DNA of 64,000 bases, taken from NCBI GenBank assembly GCA_964016885.1, contig OZ024756.1, positions 8,556,001 through 8,620,000 of the forward strand, given 5' to 3'. The DNA is from Eledone cirrhosa. Lineage: Eukaryota. Each line of letters begins with the position of its first letter. Position 1 is the first letter of the stretch. The notes below the pieces were generated by a model that saw nothing but the letters and a program-made list of their open reading frames with translations, was not told where the DNA came from and ran no database searches. The position numbers and the translations under genes are program-made. Of this stretch, positions 23,131 to 36,292 are shown piece after piece.

Positions 23131-26100
23131 TTCACTGGTGTGGTGGTGGGGGGGGGTCTTCACCATATGTCTGTAACTCACTGGTGTGGAGGGGGGTCTT
23201 GACAATATGTCTGTGGCTCACTGGTGTCGAGGGGGGGTCTTGACCATGTCTGTAGCTCACTGGTGTGGAGGGGTCTTGACCATATCTCTGGCTCATTGGT
23301 GTGGAGGGGGGTCTTGACCATATGTCTGTAGCTCACTGGTGTGGAGGGGGTCTTGACCATATGTCTGTAGCTCACTGGTGTGGAGGGGGGTCTTGACCAT
23401 ATGTCTGTAGCTCACTGGTGTGGAGGGGGGTCTTGACCATATGTCTGTAGCTCACTGGTGTGGAGGGGGTCTTGACCATATGTCTGTAGCTCACTGGTGT
23501 GGAGGGGGGTCTTGACCATATGTCTGTAGCTCACTGGTGTGGAGGGGGGTCTTGACCATATGTCTGTGGCTCACTGGTGTGGAAGGGGGGGTCTTGACCA
23601 TATGTCTGTAGCTCACTGGTGTGGAGGGAGGTCTTGACCATATGTCTGTGGCTCACTGGTGTGGAGGGGGGTCTTGACAATATGTCTGTGGCTCACTGGT
23701 GTGGAGGGGGGTCTTGACCATATGTCTGTGGCTCACTGGTGTGGAGGGGGGTCTTGACCATATGTCTGTGGCTCACTGGTGTGGAGGGGGGTCTTGACCA
23801 TATGTCTGTGGCTCACTGATGTGGAGGGGGGTCTTGACCATATGTCTGTGGCTCACTGGTGTGGAGGGGGGTCTTGACAATATGTCTGTGGCTCACTGGT
23901 GTGGAGGGGGGTCTTGACCATATGTCTGTGGCTCACTGGTGTGGAGGGGGGTCTTGACCATATGTCTGTGGCTCACTGGTGTGGAGGGGGGTCTTGACCA
24001 TATGTCTGTGGCTCACTGATGTGGAGGGGGGTCTTGACCATATGTCTGTGGCTCACTGGTGTGGAGGGGGGTCTTGACAATATGTCTGTGGCTCACTGGT
24101 GTGGAGGGGGGTCTTGACCATATGTCTGTGGCTCACTGGTGTGGAGGGGGGTCTTGACAATATGTCTGTGGCTCACTGGTGTGGAGAGGGGGGTCTTGAC
24201 CATATGTCTGTGGCTCACTGGTGTGGAGAGGGGGGTCTTGACCATATGTCTGTGGCTCACTGGTGTGGAGGGGGGTCTTGACAATATGTCTGTAGCTCAC
24301 TGGTGTGGAGGGGGGTCTTGACCATATGTCTGTGGCTCACTGATGTGGAGGGGGGTCTTGACAATATATCTGTGGCTCACTGGTGTGGAGGGGGGTCTTG
24401 ACCATATGTCTGTGGCTCACTGGTGTGGAGGGGGGTCTTGACAATATGTCTGTAGCTCACTGGTGTGGAGGGAGGTCTTGACCATATGTCTGTGGCTCAC
24501 TGGTGTGGAGGGGGGGGGTCTTGACCATATGTCTGTGGCTCACTGATGTGGAGGGGGGTCTTGACAATATGTCTGTGGCTCACTGGTGTGGAGGGGGGTC
24601 TTGACCATATGTCTGTGGCTCACTGATGTGGAGGGGGGTCTTGACAATATGTCTGTGGCTCACTGGTGTGGAGGGGGGGGTCTTGACCATATGTCTGTGG
24701 CTCACTGATGTGGAGGGGGGTCTTGACCATATGTCTGTAGCTCACTGGTGTGGAAGGGGGGGTCTTGACCATATGTCTGTGGCTCACTGGTGTGGAGGGG
24801 GGTCTTGACAATATGTCTGTGGCTCACTGGTGTGGAGGGGGGAGGTCTTGACCATATGTCTGTGGCTCACTGATGTGGAGGGAGGTCTTGACCATATGTC
24901 TGTGGCTCACTGGTGTGGAGGGGGGGGGTCTTGACCATATGTCTGTGGCTCACTGGTGTGGAGGGGGGGGTCTTGACCATATGTCTGTGGCTCACTGATG
25001 TGGAGGGGGGTCTTGACAATATGTCTGTGGCTCACTGGTGTGGAGGGAGGTCTTGACCATATGTCTGTGGCTCACTGATGTGGAGGGAGGTCTTGACCAT
25101 ATGTCTGTGGCTCACTGGTGTGGAGGGGGGTCTTGACCATATGTCTGTGGCTCACTGGTGTGGAGGGGGGGGTCTTGACCATATGTCTGTAGCTCACTGG
25201 TGTGGAGGGGGGTCTTGACCATATGTCTGTGGCTCACTGGTGTGGAGGAGGTCTTGACAATATGTCTGTGGCTCACTGGTGTGGAAGGGGGGGTCTTGAC
25301 AATATGTCTGTGGCTCACTGGTGTGGAGGGAGGTCTTGACCATATGTCTGTGGCTCACTGGTGTGGAGGGAGGTCTTGACCATATGTCTGTAGCTCACTG
25401 GTGTGGAGGGGGGTCTTGACCATATGTCTGTGGCTCACTGGTGTGGAGGGGGGTCTTGACAATATGTCTGTGGCTCACTGGTGTGGAGGGGGGTCTTGAC
25501 CATATGTCTGTGGCTCACTGGTGTGGAGGGAGGTCTTGACCATATGTCTGTGGCTCACTGGTGTGGAGGGGGGTCTTGACCATATGTCTGTAGCTCACTG
25601 GTGTGGAGGGGGGTCTTGACCATATGTCTGTAGCTCACTGGTGTGGAGGGGGGTCAAGACCATATGTCTGTAGCTCACTGGTGTGGAGGGGGGTCTTGAC
25701 CATATGTCTGTGGCTCACTGATGTGGAGGGAGGTCTTGACAATATGTCTGTGGCTCACTGGTGTGGAGGGGGGGTCTTGACAATATGTCTGTGGCTCACT
25801 GGTGTGGAGGGGGGTCTTGACCATATGTCTGTGGCTCACTGGTGTGGAGGGAGGTCTTGACAATATGTCTGTGGCTCACTGGTGTGGAGGGGGGTCTTGA
25901 CAATATGTCTGTGGCTCACTGGTGTGGAGGGGGGTCTTGACAATATGTCTGTAGCTCACTGGTGTGGAGGGGGGTCTTGACCATATGTCTGTGGCTCACT
26001 GGTGTGGAGGGGGGGGTCTTGACCATATGTCTGTGGCTCACTGGTGTGGAGGGGGGTCTTGACCATATGTCTGTAGCTCACTGGTGTGGAGGGGGGTCTT

Positions 26101-26293
26101 GACCATATGTCTGTAGCTCACTGGTGTGGAGGGGGGTCTTGACAATATGTCTGTGGCTCACTGGTGTGGAGGGGGGGGGTCTTGACCATATGTCTGTGGC
26201 TCACTGGTGTGGAGGGGGGGGGGTCTTGACCATATGTCTGTGGCTCACTGGTGTGGAGGGGGGGGGGTCTTGACCATATGTCTGTGGCTCACT
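23131..26293. repeat. G-tract minisatellite, about 40-bp unit, roughly 78 copies, inside a mariner-type MITE
   Basis: Unit gctcactggtgtggaggggggtcttgaccatatgtctgtg; flanks 23050-23130 and 26294-26380 match the MITE at 11257-11440. Confidence 0.95.
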
Positions 26294-26599
26294 AAAAAGA
26301 GTTGAAATTAATGCATGCAAGATTTCACAGCTTTAGTATCACTCCTTCCTAGTATGAACTTTTCAGCCGAGCCTTGTACATGACTGGTGCTTTATTTTAT
26401 AGAATATCCACAGCAGGACGAACACTCTATCCAACATTCTAACTCTGCCAATTATCATCACTGTTTAACGTGCATTTTTCCATGCTAGCATGGGTTAGAC
26501 AAATTGTCCTGTTGTGAGACATTTCAAATCAGGTGACCATGTCTTGCTCATGCAGAACTGGTTCTGGCTTGGTTTCTACGGCTAGATGCTCTTCCAAAT

Positions 26600-27531
26600 G
26601 TCAACCACATTTACATTGTGGACTGGGTGTCTTTTGCCATGTCACCAACACAACCACTTTACAGTGTGGACTGGGTGTCTTTTGTAATGTCACCAACACA
26701 ACCACTTTACAGTGTGGACTGGGTGTCTTTTGTAATGTCACCAACACAACCACTTTACAGTGTGGACTGGGTGCTTTTTGTCGTGTCACCAGCACAACCA
26801 CTTTACAGTGTGGACTGGGTGCTTTTTGTCGTGTCACTAGCACAACCACTTTATAGTGTGGACTGGGTGCTTTTTGTTGTGTCACCAGCACAACCACTTT
26901 ACAGTGTGGACTGGGTGCTTTTTGTTGTGACACCTACATGACCACTTTACAGTGTGGACTGGGTGTCTTTTGTCATGTCACCAGCACAACCACTTTACAG
27001 TGTGGACTGGGTGCTTTTTGTCGAGTCACCAACAGAACCACTTTACAGTGTTGACTGGGTGCCTTTTGTCATGTCACCAACACAACCACTTTACAGTGTG
27101 GACTGGGTGTCTTTTGTCATGTCAGCAACACAACCACTTTACAGTGTAGACTGGGTGTCTTTTGTCGTGTCACCAACACAACCACTTTACAGTGTGGACT
27201 GGGTGTCTTTTGTCGTGTCACCAACAGAACCACTCTACAGTGTGGACTGGGTGGTTTTTGTCGTGTCACTAACACAACCACTTTACAGCGTGGACTGGGT
27301 GTCTTTTGTCATGTCACCAACAGAACCACTTTACTGTGTGGACTGGGTGTCTTTTGTCATGTCAGCAACACAACCACTTTACAGTGTGGACTGGGTGTCT
27401 TTTGTCGTGTCACCAACACAACCACTTTACAGTGTGGACTGACTGGGTGTCTTTTGTCGTGTCACCAACAGAACCACTTGACAGTGTGGACTGGGTGCTT
27501 TTTGTCGTGTCACCAACAGAACCACTTTACA
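26600..27531. repeat. Minisatellite, 42-bp unit, about 22 copies, derived from a SINE/LINE tail segment (degenerate array also at 13400-13785)
   Basis: caccaacacaaccactttacagtgtggactgggtgtcttttgtcgtgt repeated; preceded by tail-like sequence at 26455-26600. Confidence 0.9.
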
Positions 27532-27562
27532 GCCAATGCCAATATGAGTAAAATGAACTCAC

Positions 27563-27678
27563 CACAAAGGAAGAACGTCCCTGTTTAACTTTATCTGCTG
27601 AAGTCACTTCAAAAGTGACCCTCTCGTTCCCGTAATACTGGCCATCAAATGGTACTTGTTCTACATAAGATGCTGGTT
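27563..27678 (-). CDS. SNX21: Sorting nexin 20/21-like, exon 2 (start of PX domain)
   Basis: Minus strand ccattacag| acceptor and |gtgagt donor; phase 1 to 0 joins exons 1 and 3; PASYVEQVPFDGQYYGNERVTFEVTSADKVKQGRSSFV. Confidence 0.85.
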
Positions 27679-28160
27679 CTGTAATGGTTACAAATAAAGA
27701 AGGTAATGTTATAAACATTAATGTAGTGGCTCCCACACATCTCACTAGTGTGGAGGGGGGGGGGGCTCTTGACCGTATGTCTGTGGCTCAATGGTGTGAA
27801 GGGGGGGCGTCTTGACCGTATGTCTGTTGCATTCACCTGACCATCATTTCATTTGGGGGGAGGGGGGAACTTTGTATGGTATTTATGGGTGTGTGGGACA
27901 TCAGGTGGGGTGTGTGGGACCTCAGGTGGGGTGAGACCTCAGATGGGGTGTGAGGGACCTGAGGTGGGATGGGACCTCAAGTGGTTATATGATCTTAGTT
28001 ACCAAATGACACACGGAGGGTGTATCATGAATAAAAACCGCTACATGTGATACTTGCCTCACATATGATATAGTAACAAACATATGTGAAGGTAGCTGAG
28101 TGGTTAGAGAATTAGATTCACAATTGTGAAGTTATGAGTTTCATTCCTTGACCGACTGTT

Positions 28161-29710
28161 ATGATATGCTGGTACGTCCCCAAATTGGAGAGCGGGACCG
28201 TATGGTGTGGTGCCAGCAGCATAGCGCTAGGAGTCACTCTGGAGATAGGCGGTGTCGAGGTCGAGGATGCAGCCTGGCTCAGGAAGAAGGACTACAGCCA
28301 CATCAACATGGCTGAACTGGATGCTGTGCTGAGAGGGGTGAATCTCGCCCTGAGATGGGGGCTGCGCACCATAGAAATCTGCACCGACTCGGCCACTGTA
28401 CTCGGATGGGTGAGGTCAGTGCGAACGAGAAGGACAGCAGAAATGTTAATAAAGCGCCACCTGGGAATTCTGGGAGAGGGCAGACGTATTAACCAGGGTG
28501 AAGAAAGCCTGGATGAAAATGCCGAGGGATGCGGAGAAGGGGATAGCGGCAGTATGTCGGCTGAGTGATTCAGAGTTGAGGGGACTGCCCGCCATGCACC
28601 ACATGGAGCTGGATAGGACCCTGTTCTTAGCCAGAAGAATCGACTCTGATGTTAGCAGACAGCGTGTCCAGAGAGTGGTCGGAGGTTTCGACAGATGCCA
28701 GTCTATCGACCCTGCTCCGGGTGTGTACGAGACTGGAAGCATCCTGGTGGAGCAGAAATGGAAGCGATTAGCCGTGGACACTACTGACAAGGAACGTATC
28801 TTTCGATGGTCGATTGTGGGCTGTTACGGATGGTGATATGGAGGGAAATGAAGACAGGGACTGCGGAGGAAATCGTGTGGATGCTGAGAGAGATATCCTT
28901 GGAGCAGGGCCCTGCGGATGAACTGCTGATGGACAACAGCACGACGTTTCACTTGGAGGCGCTGAGGGAAATGCTTGACAAGTGGAAGGTGACCCGCTTC
29001 TTCAGAGTGGCATACAGGCCAAGTGGAAATGGGATCGTGGAAAGACATCATCGCACGATCAAGGCCATGGCGGAAAGGGGGCACATTTCGCCAATGGAGG
29101 CAGTGCTCTGGTACAAAATGTCACCTCGGGTGGGACAGGCCGAGGATTCGGTGCCGCACAGGGCAATATATAGATATGAATGGTGACACCCATGCGTGGT
29201 ACCACAGCAGCCGGTAGAGAGAGAGAGAGTGCATTCGTACGAGTGGGCGTAGAGGTATGGGTCAAGACCCCGAACGCGTGTTACACATCTCAATGGAGAA
29301 AGGGAACCGTAACAGCCGTAAATTGCCAAAACAACGTGTCTGTGGATGGAATGCCACGTCACGTCTTGGACGTCCATAGAGTCGTTGTTGTGACGGATTC
29401 CGAGGAAGAGGAAAACGAGAGTGCTGCCCCAACAGTGCGGGGATCTCAATGGAGCTGCCTCCAACCTAGCTGGATGGCGGATTTTGAGATGGAACAGTGT
29501 GATTGATCCTTGAGATCAGGGGGCTGCTGTGAGATAGAGGAGGGTGTAGAGCTGCCGTGGGAGGGGGATCGCCGGAAGTTGGGAGACGCCTGATCGGAAG
29601 CAGGAGGATGGGGGGGACCAGGCGGTCAATAGGGGTCTCTTAGCCATAGGCCCTCGGCGTGTGAAGACAGACGCAAGCGGAAAGTACCCCCACGTGGACC
29701 AGAGAGACGC
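28161..29710 (+). mobile_element. Ty3/Gypsy-type LTR retrotransposon remnant (RNase H, integrase, polypurine tract, probable 3' LTR)
   Basis: RNase H (HINMAELDAV, ICTDSATV), integrase zinc/core motifs (CQSIDPAP, WKRLAVD, LLMDNST, GNGIVERHHRTIK) in broken frames; purine run at about 29518 then tg-start LTR-like GC-rich sequence. Confidence 0.85.
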
Positions 29711-29714
29711 AAGG

Positions 29715-30077
29715 TTTGGTAAAATCGGTAGAGCGTCGGACAAAATAACATTTAGATACGGCCCTTTACGTTCTGGGTTCAAATCGCACTGAAGTTAGCA
29801 TTGCCTTTCATTCTTACAGGGGCGATAAAATAAAGTACCAGTAATGCACTGAGGTCGATTTAACCCTCCCCCACCCCCCTTAATCAGAAACTAATTGGCA
29901 GTATCGGTAGAGGGTCGGACGCCATGCTTTGACGCATAGAGTTACGGCCCTTTCCATTCTGAGTTCAAATCCTGCCGAGGTTAACTTTACCTTTCATCCA
30001 TACGGGGGTCAATAAAATGAAGTACCAGTAATGCACTGAGTAATTGCTGGCCTTGTGCCAAAAGTAGAATCAATTAT
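29715..30077 (+). mobile_element. Two tandem SINE family B copies
   Basis: tcggtagag...gttcaaatc...cctttcat...gataaaataaagtaccag core occurs twice; the second tail runs into the AGT/AAT satellite. Confidence 0.8.
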
Positions 30078-32515
30078 TAGTAGTAATAGTAGTAATAGTA
30101 ATAGTAGTAATAGTAATAGTAGTAATAGTAGTAATAGTAGTAATAGTAGTAGTAGTAATAGTAGTAATAGTAGTAATAGTAGTAATAGTAGTAGTAGTAA
30201 TAGTAGTAGTAGTAATAGTAGTAATAGTAGTAATAGTAGTAGTAGTAATAGTAGTAATAGTAGTAATAGTAGTAGTAGTAATAGTAGTAGTAGTAATAGT
30301 AGTAGTAGTAGTAATAGTAATAGTAGTAATAGTAGTAATAGTAGTAATAGTAGTAGTAGTAATAGTAGTAATAGTAGTAATAGTAGTAATAGTAGTAGTA
30401 GTAATAGTAGTAGTAGTAATAGTAGTAATAGTAGTAATAGTAGTAGTAGTAATAGTAGTAATAGTAGTAATAGTAGTAGTAGTAATAGTAGTAGTAGTAA
30501 TAGTAGTAGTAGTAGTAATAGTAATAGTAGTAATAGTAATAGTAGTAATAGTAGTAATAGTAGTAATAGTAGTAGTAGTAATAGTAGTAGTAGTAATAGT
30601 AGTAGTAGTAATAATAGTAGTAGTAGTAATAGTAATAGTAGTAATAGTAATAGTAGTAGTAGTAATAGTAATAGTAGTAATAGTAGTAATAGTAATAGTA
30701 GTAATAGTAATAGTAGTAATAGTAATAGTAGTAATAGTAGTAATAGTAATAGTAGTAATAGTAATAGTAGTAATAGTAATAGTAGTAATAGTAATAGTAG
30801 TAATAGTAATAGTAGTAATAGTAATAGTAGTAATAGTAATAGTAGTAATAGTAGTAATAGTAATAGTAGTGATAGTAATAATAGTAATAGTAGTAATAGT
30901 AATAGTAGTAGTAGTAATAGTAATAGTAGTAATAGTAATAGTAGTAATAGTAATAGTAGTAATAGTAGTAATAGTAATAGTAGTAATAGTAATAGTAGTA
31001 ATAGTAATAGTAGTAATAGTAATAGTAGTAATAGTAATAGTAATAGTAGTAATAGTAGTAGTAGTAATAGTAATAGTAGTAGTAGTAATAGTAGTAATAG
31101 TAATAGTAGTAATAGTAATAGTAGTAATAGTAATAGTAGTAATAGTAATAGTAGTAATAGTAATAATAGTAATAGTAGTAGTAGTAATAGTAATAGTAGT
31201 AATAGTAATAATAGTAATAGTAATAGTAGTAATAGTAGTAATAGTAATAGTAGTAATAGTAATAGTAGTAATAGTAGTAATAGTAGTAATAATAGTAATA
31301 GTAGTAGTAGTAGTAATAGTAGTAATAGTAATAGTAGTAATAGTAATAGTAGTAATAGTAGTAATAGTAATAGTAGTAATAGTAATAGTAGTAGTAGAAA
31401 TAGTAGTAGTAGTAATAGTAGTAATAGTAATAGTAGTAATAGTAATATTAGTAATAGTAATAGTAGTAATAGTAATAATAGTAATAGTAGTAGTAGTAAT
31501 AGTAATAGTAGTAATAGTAGTAATAGTAATTGTAGTAATAGTAATAGTAGTAGTAGTAATAGTAATAGTAGTAAGTAGTATTTATAGTGGTAATAGTAAT
31601 AGTAGTAGTAGTAATAGTAGTAATAGTAATAGTAGTAATAGTAATAGTAGTAATAGTAATAGTAAGTAGTAGTAGTAATAGTAATAGTAATAGTAGTAAT
31701 AGTAATAGTAATAGTAGTAATAGTAATAGTAGTAATAGTAGTAATAGTAAGTAGTATTTATAGTGGTAATAGTAATAGTAGTAATAGTAATAGTAGTAAT
31801 AGTAATAGTAGTAATAGTAGTAATAGTAATAGTAAGTAGTATTTATAGTGGTAATAGTAGTAATAGTAATAGTAATAGCAGTAATAGTAATAGTAATAGT
31901 AGTAATAGTAATAGTAATAGTAGTAGTAATAGTAATAGTAGTAATAGTAATAGTAGTAATAGTAATAATAGTAATAATAGTAATAGTAGTAATAGTAGTA
32001 GTAGTAGTAATAGTAATAGTAGTAATAGTAATAGTAGTAATAGTAATAATAGTAATAGTAGTAATAGTAGTAGTAGTAGTAATAGTAATAGTAGTAATAG
32101 TAATAGTAGTAGTAATAGTAGTAGTAGTAGTAGTAATAGTAATAGTAGTAATAGTAGTAGTAGTAATAGTAGTAATAGTAATAGTAGTAGTAGTAACAGT
32201 AGTAATAGTAATAGTAGTAATAGTAATAGTAATAATAGTAGTAATAGTAATAGTAGTAATAGTAGTAATAGTAATAGTAGTAATAGTAATAGTAGTAGTA
32301 ATAGTAGTAATAGTAATAGTAGTAGTAGTAGTAATAGTAGTAATAGTAATAGTAGTAATAGTAGTAGTAGTAATAGTAGTAGTAGTAATAGTAATAGTAG
32401 TAATAGTAATAGTAGTAATAGTAATAGTAGTAATAGTAATAATAGTAATAGTAGTAATAGTAATAGTAGTAATAGTAATAGTAGTAATAGTAAGTAGTAT
32501 TTATAGTGGTAATAA
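30078..32515. repeat. (AGT/AAT)n compound trinucleotide satellite, about 2.4 kb
   Basis: Direct inspection; higher-order interruptions agtaagtagtatttatagtggt at about 31570, 31747, 31831 and 32489. Confidence 0.95.
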
Positions 32516-32798
32516 TTATGGTGGCGTTGATTAATAGTCTCGTGCTATTCTTCCATTGAAATGTGAAGTTGTGGCGGTCATCAACTATAGTGTGATAATA
32601 AGCCAAGTATAAAACTAACAATGTTGATGCCAGTATTGGTAACATATAATAACCGACACGTACGTACACACCTGCTTTAGATAAACTCTACTAACAATAC
32701 TAACATGTAAGTTGCTAGATTGATAAGTAGGTTACATACACGAAAGGGTTAATAATTCAGACATAGACAATTGTGTGTATATATATATATATATACAC

Positions 32799-32859
<61 letters not shown>

Positions 32860-33328
32860 TATATAATAAAATATAGAGAAAATACTGCAGGTAGCACATG
32901 GATAACATGTAATAAAATGAGTCCCTCATCAGTGATTTGCCGACGATCATAGATATTTCATTGCATTAAAAATCATATACCTCACGTCGGTGCAATAATA
33001 ACCAAAATAAGTTATTAGGACAATTGAAACGCGTAAAGCGAGTGAGACAGGAGAACAACAAAGAGTATAGCTAACCGTAGGGGAAAGAAACAAGCTTCAG
33101 AATTATTCTGTTTAGCATAAGCTAGGTGAATATATGAGCGCTTTAGAAAAAAGACCTGACACGAACGATGGCCATGTGAGAAGAGAGAAAAATAGCCTTC
33201 GTGGTGTACAGGATGAAATGAAGAGAGGAGAAACAGTGAGTGAGTGAAAGTGTGAGGAAGAGTTAACTGACATGACAGAGGGGGCGAAAGAAGGTAGGAG
33301 AAACATATATATATATATATATATACAC

Positions 33329-33359
<31 letters not shown>

Positions 33360-33444
33360 CGTGTGTGTGTATATATATATATATATACACGTGTGTGTGT
33401 ATATATATATATACACGTGTGTGTGTGTATGTATATATATACAC

Positions 33445-33479
<35 letters not shown>

Positions 33480-33480
33480 C

Positions 33481-33513
<33 letters not shown>

Positions 33514-33574
33514 CGTGTGTGTGTGTATATATATATATACACACGTGTGTGTGTATATATATATATATATACAC

Positions 33575-33605
<31 letters not shown>

Positions 33606-33696
33606 CACGTGTGTGTGTGTGTAAACTCAAACAAAACGTATATAGAAAGATATATGTACAAAACATCAACACTTATTTATCAACACAAGAGACAGA

Positions 33697-33769
<73 letters not shown>

Positions 33770-34321
33770 ACTGCTATTGATCTGCATGCTTACATATGTA
33801 CACACGGAAATATAACCTCCCCAGGTACATTCATTTAAACATACACATCTATATATATATACATATGTATGTATGTATATATATATATATATATATACAT
33901 ATGTATGTATATATACATATGTATGTATATCTACATATGTATGTATATATACATATGTATGTATATCTACATATGTATGTATATTTATATATACATACAT
34001 ATGTATGTATATACATATGTATATCTATCTATATATATATATACATATGTATATATATCTATATATACATATACATATGTATATACATCTATATATACAT
34101 ATACATATGTATATACATCTATATATACATATACATCCATATGTACATATATCTAAATATACATATACATACATATGTACATATATATATCTATACATAC
34201 ATATGTATGTATATCTATATGTACATATATATACATATGTACATATATATATCTATACATACATATGTATGTATATCTATATATACATATACATATGTAT
34301 ATATATCTATATATACATATA

Positions 34322-35241
34322 CATCCTGGAATTCTGTGATGCAAATAACCTAACTATCTGTAACACTAACTTAAAAAAACGAGACAATCACTTGATCACC
34401 TATAGATCAGGAGAACATACCAGTCAGATAGATTATATCCTTACCAGAAGACGTGACAGAGTGTCTGTTGTAAACACTAAATCCCTCCCCCATGAAGAAT
34501 GCACCTCCCAACATAGACTGATAATTAGCGACCTCATAGTCAGGACGAGACGTACTAGACAGCGGAAGAGGACTATCCTCAGGAGAAAAATATGGAAGTT
34601 AAAGGACCCCATAGCCAGTAATAAATTTAAAAGAATATTACTTGATGCTTTCGACAGTAAGGAAGAGCAATTAGAGTCGTACAATATAGAGGAACAGTGG
34701 GAATTCCTGAAAGCAAACCTGCTGAAGGCGACAGATGAAATCTGTGGCTGGAGCAGGCCTATAGGCAGGAGGAGAGTAACTTGGTGGTGGAACAGTAAGG
34801 TGGAGGAGTCAATCAAGGCCAAAAAGCAGACTTGGAAAGTATGGCGGGATGGGGGAAGTAGAGAAGACTATCAAGTGGCCAGGAGGGAAGCTAGGAGACA
34901 AGTGTACTTCGCAAGAAGGGGAACAGAGGAAAGAAAGTTCAAGCATGTTCTACAACGTGAGGACCAAAAACGTGAGGTGTTCAGGATTGCTACGCAATGT
35001 GTCAAGGAAAACTGTGATATTGTCGGGGAGAAGTGTGTCCTTAATGATGATGGTGTACTTGCCATCACTAACACTGATAAGAAGGTAGCTTGGAAGTGTC
35101 ACTACGAAAGGCTACTAAATGAGAATAAATGGGAGAAAGACAGTCTCCCCCACATCGATCCAATAGAGGGACCAGCAGTGTTAGTCGAAGGTAGTATAAT
35201 AAGTAAGGCAATCAAAGATATGAAGACGGGTAAGGCGGCTG
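34322..35241 (+). mobile_element. RTE-clade LINE internal fragment (APE C-terminus and linker), flanked by (TA)n
   Basis: [15 protein letters not shown]...SQIDYILTRR...SQHRLII...TWWWN...IKDMKTGKA, open frame. Confidence 0.9.
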
Positions 35242-35313
35242 TATGTATATATATATATATATATATATTTATGTGACAAACAGTACTGCATTACATTTGG
35301 CCAAAAACCAGCT

Positions 35314-36292
35314 TTGGCATGCTTCATCTGTGGACAAGAAATACACGAAGCGTGCTACTTAAAAAAGATAAATAACCACACCATTCCAGATATTCTAGGC
35401 CTACACTGGCTATGCAGTTATTGTTCACCAAGGGCCACAATAACGAATGAACCTAGGACCCTACCACAGACATTGATTGGCGAAACTGACATGGCAAATA
35501 AATCTTGCCACACACAGGCCATCCATGTAAATGACAAGAATGAAGACAATGACATGCAAACACCTACAAAACAAGAAACAGGAGATTCTGCAGAAAAAGA
35601 CCAAACTTCCCACGAAAAGAAACAGATTCAGAGCAAACGCTCAAATGAAGAAAGGCCAGTATGTATCCATTACAGGAGCAACAAGTGCAAACATGGTCTT
35701 TCAGGTAAAGGGTGCACGTACAGTCACCCCAAACCATGAAAACCATATATCAACTTCGGTACTGATCGAAAAAAAGGATGCCAAAATGGCCGAGAATGTG
35801 AACTCCTTCACCCAAAGATGTGCCGCAATTCGCTGAGAAAAAAAGAATGTTTTGACGAGAATTGCAAATTTATGCACCGGAAGGGTTCGCATAAAAACTA
35901 CTGAACCCACACCACCAGGACCAAGCTCAGCAGGGTATGAAAACCATTTCCCAAAAATGCAGAAACCAGGTCATGGCTCAACAGTGAATGAAAATCATGC
36001 TACTCAATTGCACACATCAGCTGTAACAAACCCAAACTCGCAGAAATTCGATACAGTAATGAATGAAAGCAGTTTTTTAGGCATAATCTACCAACTACAA
36101 CAACAGCTGTACTCCATACAGATGACTCAGCAAAACCAGGCAACATTGATACAAAGGCTGACACCTGGACTTACAGGGCACATACAACAAATACAGACAG
36201 CCCAGCAGACCGAATATCCAGTCAGCACAGTCCCAGCAACTACAACAGTCTTGCCAACAATAGGGCAGATGTATCCGGTACAACAAGCATAA
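35314..36292 (+). pseudogene. LINE ORF1 (PHD-like plus 3x CCCH zinc fingers, Q-rich C-terminus), 5'-truncated, one nonsense codon (35737) and one frameshift (about 35890)
   Basis: CFICGQEIHEAC...WLCSYC; CIHYRSNKCKHGLSGKGCTYSH; *KPYINFGTDRKKGCQNGRECELLH; CRNSLRKKECFDENCKFMH. Confidence 0.75.

Noticed and set aside
23131-27531. CRISPR-like regular repeats
   Set aside because: Head-to-tail tandem units with no unique spacers, no cas genes, and located in a eukaryotic intron.
30055-32669. 507-aa Ser/Asn, Ile/Val and poly-Tyr ORFs
   Set aside because: Products of the AGT/AAT satellite; no coding context.
33010-33045. gaaacgcgta hammerhead 3' half
   Set aside because: No upstream CTGANGA or stem II in register.
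35737-35739. In-frame TGA at a Cys position as possible selenocysteine or readthrough
   Set aside because: A single substitution in a decaying TE copy with other lesions explains it; no SECIS seen.
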